DNA of 64,000 bases from an uncultured Nitrososphaeraceae archaeon (GCA_963779615.1 CAVZZA010000003.1:53237-117236); one strand, 5' to 3'; positions 31,753 to 42,156 are shown, numbered from the stretch's first letter. Notes: a model not told the origin generated them from the sequence alone. Program-made: numbers and translations.

Positions 31753-32909
31753 ATCCCAAAGAGAAATTTATTATAAGGTCTTCGATCCTAGAATTAGCAG
31801 AAACTGGTACTCCTCGCAGTATTTCAATAGATGAAAAAATAAGAATGGATCACAAAGAAAGAGGAAATGAAAATACAACAACAAACATCTGGGATTGCAT
31901 AACTGCGTTGGGTGCACAATTATCAAGGCCCCCCTATGATCCATATCGGGAGATAATAAATCTTGGAATATCTGTAGGCAGAAGACAATGTCCAACTAAG
32001 GTTATTTTATCTATGCCCCTGATGATTTATGATAACGATAGGAAGATAGAAGAAGCGCCTTTGGAGGCTCTACATGTTGCATTGAATTGGCTTGCTGTTA
32101 ATGACAATATAAATTTAGGATTGGTTTCAGAAAATAGAGTAAACAATAGTAGAAAGTACCCACATTTTAAACGAATAAGCGAAAGATCAATAGGGGAGGA
32201 GGATTATGATTCTGAAGGACTTGTATTACAATACAACAGTGGCAAATCCCTACAATTTCTAACAGAGATGAGGAAAGAATTCAGCGGCCCAATTCTTGTA
32301 GAGATTGATGATGATTTTGAGAGATACATTGGATCATTGCTGGATGCAGGAGCTGATGGAATTATTGCAGATACTGTTAAAATAACAAACAAAGAGAGGT
32401 ACCAAGGAAAACATGCAGTAACAGTAATACACAAGGTACGATGCGCTATAAACCAATACTATGCTGGAAAAGAAAATGATGGTACGTTATTAATGGTTGC
32501 AGGGGACTTGAATAATACAGGCAGAATTGTAAAAGCTGCTGCATTGGGTGCGGATATTATTGGATACTCCACCAGTTTGTTGATTGCAAATGCTGCAATT
32601 CATCATGATAACCCATCCAACATAAATGCAATATCAGAAAGGATCTGTAGACACATTCAGGCCACCAAAGGAGAACTTAAAGGAGTACCTGCCGCATTAG
32701 GATACAGTAATTTCTATAACATATCACCTGCGGATTTGCGTACCTCTAGTATCGAGGCAAGTTTACAGGCGGATATTGCCATAGAAGGAGTGGATAAAAC
32801 TTATCGCCAAATAATTGAGGAATCGACAGGTGAACATGCCATAGAAGAAGGAATGGAAATTGATAAAGATAAAAATCAGAAACTTAGTTGCATATCTATT
32901 GATAAATAG
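31749..32909 (+). CDS. Degenerate paralogue of the glutamate synthase FMN-binding subunit
   Basis: GAQLSRPPYDPYRE, AGADGII and VKAAALGAD match the GltB-FMN barrel; GEGG, GQGAK, GGTG and the three-Cys cluster motif are absent. Overlaps the upstream stop (TTGA). Confidence 0.7.
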   Translation: MNPKEKFIIRSSILELAETGTPRSISIDEKIRMDHKERGNENTTTNIWDCITALGAQLSRPPYDPYREIINLGISVGRRQCPTKVILSMPLMIYDNDRKIEEAPLEALHVALNWLAVNDNINLGLVSENRVNNSRKYPHFKRISERSIGEEDYDSEGLVLQYNSGKSLQFLTEMRKEFSGPILVEIDDDFERYIGSLLDAGADGIIADTVKITNKERYQGKHAVTVIHKVRCAINQYYAGKENDGTLLMVAGDLNNTGRIVKAAALGADIIGYSTSLLIANAAIHHDNPSNINAISERICRHIQATKGELKGVPAALGYSNFYNISPADLRTSSIEASLQADIAIEGVDKTYRQIIEESTGEHAIEEGMEIDKDKNQKLSCISIDK

Positions 32910-32931
32910 TTAAGGAGGGGACGGAAGGAAC

Positions 32932-33789
32932 ATGTGTGGCATTTGCGGAATTATATTAAAAGATCACAATCCAAACTTTTCAATCGGTGCTCTGCTTTAT
33001 CAGATGATGGAAGGCCAGCAGGTAAGAGCTCAAGATAGTGCAGGCATAGCCATTTTTAATAATGGAAATAGAGGTAATAACGATTCACTATATAATCTTA
33101 CCTACCTTATGAAATCTCCTACTGGATACGAGTTGAGAGAAGAAAAAAGGCCTTTAAATGAACAAGATCGACGTGCTTCCAGATTAATCAAGGATGATCG
33201 GGTTTCTATAATAGGTTGTTCAAAAGAAATGAAGTTGGTCAAAGATGTAGGCCTTGTAAGAGATCTTGATAAAAAATATGATATAAAATCAATGCAAGGA
33301 TCTCACGGTATTGGACATTTAAGAATAGCAACGAGCAGTAGAGTTGACATGCATAATGCCCATCCATTCAGTACTACAGTCATGCCCGATATAGCAGTTG
33401 TGCATAATGGAGAAATCACAAATTATTCCAAATTAAAGAATTCGCTTGAGATTCAAGGATACCCTTTCTATTCTAATTGTGATTCAGAGGTCATAGCTGT
33501 TTTTCTTGCTGACCAGTTGTTAAAGCATGGAGACATAGAAAGGGCACATAATGAATTTATTCAAAAAGCCGATGGGCCATTTACCTATATTGCTGCTACA
33601 AATCATTCATTATCATTGATAAGGGATAGATTTGGAACAAGAAAGGGGATTGTAGGATACAATCCAGGAGGAGAGGGCCATCCTGCATTCTGGGCAATGG
33701 CAACGGATCTATCTGCATTAGATATTGTCGGAGCTAACGAAGATGTGAAAGCAGCGTCACCAGGCAAATCACTAATTTTCACAGTATAA
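32932..33789 (+). CDS. Glutamate synthase, class II glutamine amidotransferase subunit
   Basis: N-terminal nucleophile MCGICG, R-x-QDSAG, GHLRIAT, HPF, HNGEITNY, DSEVI; ggaggg SD upstream. Confidence 0.9.
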   Translation: MCGICGIILKDHNPNFSIGALLYQMMEGQQVRAQDSAGIAIFNNGNRGNNDSLYNLTYLMKSPTGYELREEKRPLNEQDRRASRLIKDDRVSIIGCSKEMKLVKDVGLVRDLDKKYDIKSMQGSHGIGHLRIATSSRVDMHNAHPFSTTVMPDIAVVHNGEITNYSKLKNSLEIQGYPFYSNCDSEVIAVFLADQLLKHGDIERAHNEFIQKADGPFTYIAATNHSLSLIRDRFGTRKGIVGYNPGGEGHPAFWAMATDLSALDIVGANEDVKAASPGKSLIFTV

Positions 33790-33829
33790 TAAATAAATTA
33801 ATAAAGCCATATCTAAAAAACAAAGACAA

Positions 33830-34759
33830 ATGTGTTATACGTTAGATATCGATGAATTACGAGCAATAGTAAAGGACATAGGCTCAAAGGTATCTAATCC
33901 AGATGCACAATTTGAAAGTGTCAACAACGCTTTTGAGAAGAATTTTGGAACAAAACTTCCTTATGGATTAAAACGCGCATCTATAGAAAAATTTGGGGAT
34001 GTTGCAAGTTCTCCCCTAATAATGGAAAGGGCAATTAACTCCATAATAAAAAAAAAGGTGGCAGCGGGTGAAACTAAAATCATACTAAAAAATCCAAAAG
34101 CCCTTTACAGAATAGGGATACTTGGTTATGATGAGACTATAAAATTAGACATGACAGTGGAAGGAAATGTTGGCAATTTTTTTGGCGCATTTTGCAACTT
34201 TGATGGAACCTGGATAGTTAATGGAAACGCCGAGAATGGATTGGCGGACAAGGGGTACAAAGGAAAAATAATTGTGGAAGGGTTTGCCACAGAACTTGCA
34301 TGCCAAAACAATCAAGCAACCAAATTCAGTAATGGTGTCGATCTCTTGATTAAAAAAGGGTGTATGGAGAGAGCTATGGGTCAAGCCAGGGGAGGAAGGT
34401 TGGTAACTTTTGGCGCAGGATACAATTCTGGTCTGTACATGTCAGGGGGAGTATTGCTTAATTTGGGCCTACCGGGAGAACTGTTTGGCCCTGGAATGGT
34501 TGGTGGCGTTATTTATTCTCCTGAAGGAACTACTGCAGCAGACGGTGCGGTTATCAATAAATTAAAGGTGGAAGATTATTCAATTATTAAAGAAACACTA
34601 CGGGTATTTGAAAATGAGTTACGGATAGAGCAACTAGATAATTTATCCATGGAAAACCCGACAGTGTATTTAACCAACAATGTTATTAAAGATAATCAAA
34701 AGTATAACATAAGTGACTTTATCAAAATAGTCCCAAATATAACCAATTCTCATAACTAG
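33830..34759 (+). CDS. Glutamate synthase, GXGXG (beta-helix) subunit
   Basis: GNVGNFFGAF, GNAENGLAD, GQARGG, GAGYNSGLYMSGG, GPGMVGG repeats. Confidence 0.85.
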   Translation: MCYTLDIDELRAIVKDIGSKVSNPDAQFESVNNAFEKNFGTKLPYGLKRASIEKFGDVASSPLIMERAINSIIKKKVAAGETKIILKNPKALYRIGILGYDETIKLDMTVEGNVGNFFGAFCNFDGTWIVNGNAENGLADKGYKGKIIVEGFATELACQNNQATKFSNGVDLLIKKGCMERAMGQARGGRLVTFGAGYNSGLYMSGGVLLNLGLPGELFGPGMVGGVIYSPEGTTAADGAVINKLKVEDYSIIKETLRVFENELRIEQLDNLSMENPTVYLTNNVIKDNQKYNISDFIKIVPNITNSHN

Positions 34760-34871
34760 TGATTAGTGACAAAGCTATCCTCAAATTCACGGATGACGTA
34801 TGATCAATATCCGGTCTTTAAGGCTGAACAGATGTTAAAACGGCTTTAATAAGCGCCTGTGAACTTGATTG

Positions 34872-35310
34872 TCATAACAGCCGAAAATCCTCTTTCACAG
34901 TAATCAAAACTATATGTGTATTGGTTCTGTCAACATATGGTAACGATAGGTCCCTCTTGACAAAGTCACTTAATTCCCTTCGATTCCTAAATTTAGCAAC
35001 TATTATCATATCCGTCAATCCAGTGATATCATAAACTGCACAAACATTTGGGAGCTTTGAAATGTGTTTCTCAACATCGTTTATTTTATTTTTGATTGCA
35101 GTTATTTCAATTACCGCCGTCAAATCAAATCCTAACTTTACATGGTCCACTATTGCAGAATAAGATTTTATGATATTGTCTTTTTCCAATCTTGATATCC
35201 TGTTAAGTACCTGTGGGTGGAGAGACCCCTATTTCAAATGCTATTTTTCGGTAAGAACTCCTAGCATCTGCCAATAGCCTTTTTAATATCTTTGTGTCTG
35301 TCTCATCCAT
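34872..35310 (-). pseudogene. Lrp/AsnC-family transcriptional regulator with a +1 frameshift in the HTH
   Basis: From ATG at 35310: MDETDTKILKRLLADARSSYRKIAFEIGVSPPT; an extra G at ~35210-35211 precedes VLNRISRLEKDNIIKSY...; RAM domain intact (track ORF 34872..35189). Confidence 0.85.
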
Positions 35311-35762
35311 TAATGTGATTTGAATTGTTAACTTTATAAACATAAAAACAACTCCACTTTTTTTAATAAATATTAGTCAAAAACAATAACAAACATCGCA
35401 TAATTATCAAAAAGCATAATTGGATATGCCTGAAAAAAGATGCAAGTACACCACCACCGTCAAATGCTGTTGCTAATGCATCCCTATATATCAAAATAGG
35501 GAAAGGTGTCAATCTTGGCGACTGCTCGACTTGCCTTAACTTGTATTTTTTTTATTGCGGGTCAGAATATTTGATATCCTTGTAAATCTGTCACTATCAG
35601 TTGGAATATTTAGCAATCAATACGCGCTTAACCCAAAACTGCGCCTAAATGACAGAACAATATTATTTGAATTATCAAAACAATGCTTGATTTGGCGGTA
35701 TTGCTTTGATGGAGATAATGGTTGCTCCAGGAGTAGAAATCTGTTATATGGGACAACCTTTA

Positions 35763-36155
35763 TTATTGTTGTTTTTTTTCTTTTACTTTGCCTGACTGTC
35801 TTTCTCTTCTTTGTTCTTTTGAAGATAAAGGATTACGAAATTTGTTTAACCAGTATTTAGTCATTCTCTCGGTACTCGTGACAGACTCCTTATACAATTC
35901 AGTCATCCTTTCTGTATTTACCGCCAGATCCTTATACAATTCAGTCATCCTTTCTGAGCTTTTGATATATTCTTTATATATTTCAGTCATTCTTATGGTA
36001 TATTCAACATATTCGTTGTACATTTCACCCAAAGCCAGGGGAGAATATTGTTGCCACCAATCCGTAATTGATTTAAATTGATTGGGATTGTTCAAGTTTT
36101 TCTTATCTATATCGATGTTGTCGTTTCCCTGTCCTTGATTTTCCTTAATATCCAT
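35763..36155 (-). CDS. Protein with four 14-aa amphipathic repeats (possibly phasin-like)
   Basis: EMYNEYVEYTIRMT / EIYKEYIKSSERMT / ELYKDLAVNTERMT / ELYKESVTSTERMT; 42-bp periodicity in the DNA. Confidence 0.75.
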   Translation of the reverse strand: MDIKENQGQGNDNIDIDKKNLNNPNQFKSITDWWQQYSPLALGEMYNEYVEYTIRMTEIYKEYIKSSERMTELYKDLAVNTERMTELYKESVTSTERMTKYWLNKFRNPLSSKEQRRERQSGKVKEKKQQ

Positions 36156-36569
36156 AGATACTCGATACCTAGTCCGGGTATTTTACCATTTTTTTGTATT
36201 CCATCATAAAAAAGAGCCTTCTTAATTTTAGCTAGTCAGGTACATCAAATAATTTTTTTTGCACTGGAAAAAAGGTATTGTGGATTAAAGGCATTAATGA
36301 TGGATGACTGTTACCCCAAAAAAAAAGTCAGACAGCAATTGAGTGTAAAATAGGACTATTTTATAACGTTTTGCAAAAGCCTCTTTATGCAGTTGCCTAA
36401 TGGTTTAATTCTTTTCAAAAGAATTTTTCTTTGATTTTTTACATTTCCACATTTCCATAAATTTGACAGATAACGACAGATAACAATAAGAGGTAATTGA
36501 AAAATTGATAAAAAATAAAGGAATTCCCTCTGTGAAACATCAGTTATTAATTATAAATTGTGTTTGTAC

Positions 36570-36750
36570 GGCCCTGTTAACTTAAGGAAATTTTTCCATT
36601 ATTAAGCCATTAAAAATCATGGTAAAATATTTTTTAGAAATAAATGGTCACAAATTATGCTCAAAAATAGAACAAATTCTATCTGACGGGTAAAATGAAC
36701 CTAGGGAATAGTTAAAGAAAATTATTATCAATACTTAAGTTAACAGGGCC
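36570..36750. mobile_element. 181-bp MITE with IS6-type ends
   Basis: Perfect 17-bp TIR ggccctgttaacttaag / cttaagttaacagggcc; 8-bp direct repeat gtttgtac at 36562-36569 and 36751-36758; no internal ORF. Confidence 0.92.
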
Positions 36751-37017
36751 GTTTGTACAATTTGCTCAAAACCTGCATTTTGAAACAACACACAAGAAAG
36801 AATAATGCACATTATTTGACGGGTTCAGCCTATCCACCTATTGATATATTGAAACAGAAAAGGGCAGATAAACAAGCCGAATAATCCACATCATCAGCCG
36901 TCGATAGAAATTGGACATGAATTGTAGACAGGCATCATTGAATATAATCATAGAATGCACTAATTTATGTTATCTGGCAAAGGTATCATTATATAGTTTG
37001 TTTCCCTTGTTAATATT

Positions 37018-37428
37018 ATGCCTAAACAAAACCAAAATGCGCATCCACAACAAGACGTAAACACACCATCAAATGTTGTTGCTAATGCATCTCGATATAA
37101 CAACAATGCATCCAGATTAAACAGCACAGAGACAGGCGGCAATTCCGTTATTGCGAGTGTAGGCAAATTATTAACAGTAATGGGAGTACAAGACGACACT
37201 ATCAGGACATTATCAAAGATATCGGGACAAAGTTACAACAATAGACAAATGCATGAAATGCATAATTCATTATTCGGAGGCCCTACAGGTGATTATGGCA
37301 CTGATATTAGTGACCTTTTAACTAATGCGAATAATTTTATAAAACAGCAAAATCAACAGATTCAGAAACTTTTTACTTCATGCATGCATCGCGGGCCACG
37401 GTTTACTTATCAGATGCAATCACCATAG
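37018..37428 (+). CDS. Hypothetical Asn/Gln-rich protein
   Basis: 136-aa ORF with biased composition; no family recognised. Confidence 0.45.
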   Translation: MPKQNQNAHPQQDVNTPSNVVANASRYNNNASRLNSTETGGNSVIASVGKLLTVMGVQDDTIRTLSKISGQSYNNRQMHEMHNSLFGGPTGDYGTDISDLLTNANNFIKQQNQQIQKLFTSCMHRGPRFTYQMQSP

Positions 37429-37565
37429 AAAGCAAAGGTCATTGTCCAGGTTCGCCACCATCTGTTTGGTTACCTGTTGTCATAGTTCAAAGCCAAAAGC
37501 ACTTTAACAATAATGCAATTTCTTGGGAATATTCCTTACTCTCCAATAACAAACACCCTGGCAAT

Positions 37566-37718
37566 TTAATTATTCATTAATCCATACATTTCTTTGACAC
37601 AATTTGAACACACTTTCAAATCACCCCTATCAAATCCATACTTAACATGAACATAGTGACTTGTCTCATTATCACACACTTCGCATTTGGTTGTGTTGGT
37701 ATCTAATTCCATCTTCAT
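37566..37718 (-). CDS. 50-aa CxxC...CxxC zinc-finger microprotein (not in ORF track)
   Basis: MKMELDTNTTKCEVCDNETSHYVHVKYGFDRGDLKVCSNCVKEMYGLMNN*. Confidence 0.55.
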   Translation of the reverse strand: MKMELDTNTTKCEVCDNETSHYVHVKYGFDRGDLKVCSNCVKEMYGLMNN

Positions 37719-38607
37719 TGTTTTCCATTATTATAGAATAGCAAGCGAAACTTAAACTTTTTTTTATATTGCGAAACATACGCATAATTAATCATTCAAG
37801 TCCATTTCCAAACATTTAATTCATATGTTCCCTGTCCTTCAACACCAAATGCAGTTATATCCAAATCAATGAATGTGAAGCAGAATTCGTAAACTTTATC
37901 TCTAACACCCTCGTGAGTTGAACTCGATAAAACAACATAGCCATAGGTTGAAAGGCAATGGTGAACCTAATCAAGTGGCTCAGAGTAATTGGCCATAAGA
38001 TTTGGCAAAGTTCATAAGTTTAACGATTGTCGGTTATGTCAGATTAAGGGACATGGATTGAAATAAAAATAAAAAAAAATTAGTCGTTTTGATAGTCTTT
38101 ACGGATTGTATTGTATCTGCCTTTCTCGATTTCCATTATGACTTTTTTCCTATGTCTTTGGATAAATCTTGAGATTCTTGTATGATATTTTTAAAGATTT
38201 CTACCAAGTTTCTATGGTTTTGAAAAATTACTTCGTCTTTTTTTAACATTTCAGTGACTCTTTAATTCATCTTCCCCATCTTTGGAAACTTTTGCTATTG
38301 TTATTGCATTATTGATTTTTAAATATCCATCAGCACATCCAAGGTTAAATGAGAATCTTCCTCACGCCAACAGCGTTTTGACATTCGTAATAACTAACAC
38401 CTATGGTATTTTCCTCAGTAGGCATTATCGGGTCAATAAAAGCCTTGAAACCCTCTTTTCCGAAAAGTTGACTTAATATTTCTCGTATATAGTTATCAAA
38501 TTTTTCGAGGTCTTCATTATAATCTTCGATTTCTTTTTGTTTTATTTTTATGCACTATTTAGATGTTTAAAAACGAGTAGTAAAAAATGGTAAATGATAT
38601 TAGAAGT

Positions 38608-38758
38608 TTAACCTGAACCGCTTGGTGGTTTATGTTCAGAATGTTCTAATTTTATATGTTCTTCTTTGTCATTCACATTGTCGAAAGTAATTTTGCATTG
38701 TTCACAGGTAAATCCTGATGAGACTGCTCTAGATTCTGTTGTTGAAGACGTACTCCAT
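38608..38758 (-). pseudogene. C2H2-type zinc-finger microprotein with an extra G right after the ATG
   Basis: atg[g]agtacg... gives MSTSSTTESRAVSSGFTCEQCKITFDNVNDKEEHIKLEHSEHKPPSGSG* (F-x-C-x2-C-x3-F-x8-H-x4-H). TATA-like ttatat ~20 nt upstream. Confidence 0.6.
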
Positions 38759-39362
38759 AATTAGTGTCTAATGGATATAAGGATTTTGAGTTTAGGTTCT
38801 GTCAAGTTTTGGGTTCATATTCAATTATATTATTTAAAATTTTCATCACAATTCATTATTAAAGTTAAAGATCTTACGGGGAAAAGTTAAATGTACCTTA
38901 ATCGAACAGAACCCGATTGTCAAATGTTTTAATCACACTATAACATGAGACCGTTTTTTGCATTCCGTGCTGTTAACTTAATCGATCATTTTACTTAATA
39001 TTACAGCCTTGGAATAGATTAACCCGATCAACAACATGCTTTAGTTTACACTTTTCTTCAATATCCCTACCACAGACTTTTCAATTTTTTTCAGATACAT
39101 CTTTTCATGCATGTTGAAATCCCAATTTAATCTGAACAATATAACTATTAGTTTATTTTAGCGTGCTTATTCTGTTTTGTTGTCCAAATTTTGCCATTAA
39201 CAGTAAATTAAATAATTTAAACATAGGTAGAACACCAAAAGACCCAACCATCATAAAAACAATATCCATCTATTTTACCAATACTTGAAAGTTGTTAAAT
39301 GATAAAAAACAAGAATATAAAATAAAGGGAGACGGTAGTTTTCTATTTGCAATTTTCCGCCC

Positions 39363-39761
39363 CTACGGAGCAAGTCCCTCTTTCAACTTTTCGGCTATAA
39401 TATCTGATCTTGCCACAACACCAATAATCTTATTAGTATTATCCTCTACAACAGGCACCATTACAACCTCTTTTTTAATCATAATATCAATTATGTCGTT
39501 TATTGGCGTGTCTTTATTTGCTACTGATGGATTTGGAGTCATTACATCTTTTGCTACCATGGTATAGAGCTTTTTGCCCCCTCTTATGGCTTTTAGTACG
39601 TCAATAGCAGTCACAATACCAACAACAGAATCATTATCATTCACGACAGGCACCCCGTTAAAATCTCCTGCAAACAGTTTAGCATTAATTTGTTCAACAT
39701 TGGTGTTTTCTTTTACCATGTCAACCTGTGTGGACATTACATCTTTAGCATTCAAATCCAA
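39363..39761 (-). CDS. CBS-domain pair protein
   Basis: AKDVMS...GVPVV...VGIVTAIDVL and AKDVMT...VPVV...IGVVARSDII. Confidence 0.92.
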   Translation of the reverse strand: MDLNAKDVMSTQVDMVKENTNVEQINAKLFAGDFNGVPVVNDNDSVVGIVTAIDVLKAIRGGKKLYTMVAKDVMTPNPSVANKDTPINDIIDIMIKKEVVMVPVVEDNTNKIIGVVARSDIIAEKLKEGLAP

Positions 39762-39889
39762 TACTCATTACACACCATCTTTTATCATTGTATAAAAGTT
39801 AGATATGCAACCTAAAAGGCCAATTCAATGCGTTACCTGTTTTAATGGGAGTCAGTAAACAAATTAATTCTATTTTTTTAGATCCCATA

Positions 39890-41025
39890 CCAATTAGCAC
39901 ATATGTTCAAACTGCATTTTTCATCTGTTTATTTTTTAATAAATGTTTATAGCTAGGCTGATTCCATTGTCATCTTGTTCATTTGAATCTTACCAGAGAA
40001 TCTTTTGAATGGATCTGTAGATGTGAACAGGATGTATAGACAAAGGAAAGTATGCTGCTTGTCCTCAACGTGATTTATCATGGTTTAATAGCTGCCAAGG
40101 TAGCCAGGGATCTCCACAGAAGTAAAGCTTGGGCCCGTGAATGGCTAAAAAAGATACTATAAGGAGGGTACAGGAGGATTAAAAAATAGACCTAAAAGCG
40201 GCAGACCACCTGAACTATCTGAAGAGATTAGTTTTAGCATAAAGAAAGAACTAAAGGAAAGCAACCAGGGATGGACCACAAGACAGGTGGATGAACTGAT
40301 TGTAAGAAAAAGTGGCATTAAGATATCATTACACCCACATATACCGCATACTTCGCAGGTGGGGCTTCAAACAGAAGGTTCCCCGAAAAACGCATGTTAA
40401 TACTGCATCCAATGAAGAGAAGAATGATTTCAAAAAAAGGCCACCCAAATATTTGTGGATAGACAACAGCAACAAAAAGAGGAGCAAAAAGAAGGCTTTT
40501 TTGCCCTAGTGTCTCTGGATGAATCCTTTTTCTTCTGTGATTCCCTGGTAAGGAGGGTTTTTTTGGGTTGATGAGAAGAAAAGACCTGTAGTGAGGGTAA
40601 CAGGCTCACACAAGCATTCATGCATTTTCGGAGCCTTGAGTCTGGAAGGAAAGCAGCTGTTCAGACATACGACAGGTTCAGTGGAGACACGTTCCTGGAG
40701 TTCCTAAAGACAATTCATTCCAGGTTTCCAAAATGCCACCTGTTTATGGACAAGGCGTCACCACACCACAGGTCAAGGAAGGTAAAACAAATATTTTGAG
40801 GAAAACAATGATACTCTGATACCAGCATGCCTTCCCACTGCGTCACCCGAGTTTATGGTTATGGACGAGGTATGGAACAGCCAAGTGAGACCTGCTGGTG
40901 CTAAAACACTACCCATCCTTTTCAGATTTTAAAAACAGGATATCTCGGTATTTCAGGACAAAAAGATTCAGTCTTGCTATGAGAACCTATTTGTTAATGG
41001 ATGTTCGATAACTTATGCTAAATGG
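39890..41025 (+). mobile_element. Decayed IS630-family element
   Basis: HTH region (WLKRYYKEG...SGRPP...YRILRRWGF), A-run at the HTH/DDE junction, DDE fragments (SLDES, FMDKAS, PEFMVMDEVW) with several frameshifts. Ends ccaattagca / tgctaaatgg flanked by TA. Confidence 0.85.
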
Positions 41026-41324
41026 TATAAATTCATTCATTATTCTTATCATAAAAAAATAAAATAAATCCCACTAGGAAACAGCAACAACTATAACAAA
41101 GCATTTTTTATTGCGGGTATTCTTGTCGGCTATGTAATTTTGTTTCTTCTTGACGGTCAAATGATGCATTGTATTGCACGCATCTTTATGGACTGTTTGT
41201 TTGGTGGATGGTGAGAATGATATGCAATGTTTAAAATATTTAATTGACACACCTTATAAAAATTATTTACTTAATTTACTTCTAACAATTAGAGTTAAGC
41301 AAAAATTACAACTTTTTGGAATTA

Positions 41325-41948
41325 TCACTGCATATCAAATGCTATTCCTTCTTCCTCTGTTGCATCCGTAACAAAAATAGCTGAATGATGATTTTCTAAA
41401 ATTGTATTAGTCCACTTTCCTTCGGTATTGACTGTATTCTTACTAACATCATAATGACATAACACCAAACCATTAAAATTTATAAGCATAGAATGATATT
41501 TTTGCTCTAGAGCCAAGTCAGCCTCGATATTCTCTTTTGTATTTAATTTATCAACAAATCTTATTACCAGGCGAAAAGGCACGTTCAGGTCATGAAACAT
41601 TTTTTCTATTATCCCTTCGGAGCCTTCAAATACACCTCTTGGATGTCTCACAACATCAGATATTTTACATATCTTTAGCAAACCTTTTTTGTTAAAATCC
41701 CTAACATTGATATTGTTACTGATCATATCCTTTTCAATAGACACTATATCATCGTCATGAGTGGCGTATACACAATATTCTCCCCTAATCAACCCATTTC
41801 TTATAAATCTGAATATAATCCTTTTACCAAATGGCGAATTCTGATAACAAAGAACAACATGCTTATTGCTTTCTAAAGCATCTATAAATTTCAGGGGATC
41901 TTTGTATGTTTTATTAATGTCTTCATGCATAATTAGGTTAGAAATCAT
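41325..41948 (-). CDS. MEDS (DcmR-like sensory) domain protein
   Basis: HVVLCYQN...FIRNGLIRGEYCVY...LVLCHYD pattern. Confidence 0.7.
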   Translation of the reverse strand: MISNLIMHEDINKTYKDPLKFIDALESNKHVVLCYQNSPFGKRIIFRFIRNGLIRGEYCVYATHDDDIVSIEKDMISNNINVRDFNKKGLLKICKISDVVRHPRGVFEGSEGIIEKMFHDLNVPFRLVIRFVDKLNTKENIEADLALEQKYHSMLINFNGLVLCHYDVSKNTVNTEGKWTNTILENHHSAIFVTDATEEEGIAFDMQ

Positions 41949-42156
41949 ATAATACCCTCTTATAGAACATTATACTATAAATGTTTTATAGTAAATATTC
42001 ACATCCAAAATAGGCAGGTTTGAAAATGACCATGCAATGCTAGAACTCCAATGAGCAATTTCTGGCCCACTTTTGGTGATTCTAGAGTGCCACAAATTAC
42101 ACTTTGACAGAAGAGCAGGAGAAATCCTTTTAGTTGTAATCGAGAATAATTAATAA

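Noticed and set aside
28443-34759. Methylamine N-methylglutamate pathway (gmaS plus mgsABC), which has a similar gene layout
   Set aside because: The GS retains the ammonium-site residues of true GlnA (DGSS, GGYF Tyr, GYEAP Glu), and no mgd/sox-like dehydrogenase genes are nearby. Not fully excluded without phylogeny.
38795-38913. Second MITE of ~119 bp
   Set aside because: The ends share only ~8 bp and there is no target duplication; kept only as stray IS6-type ends.
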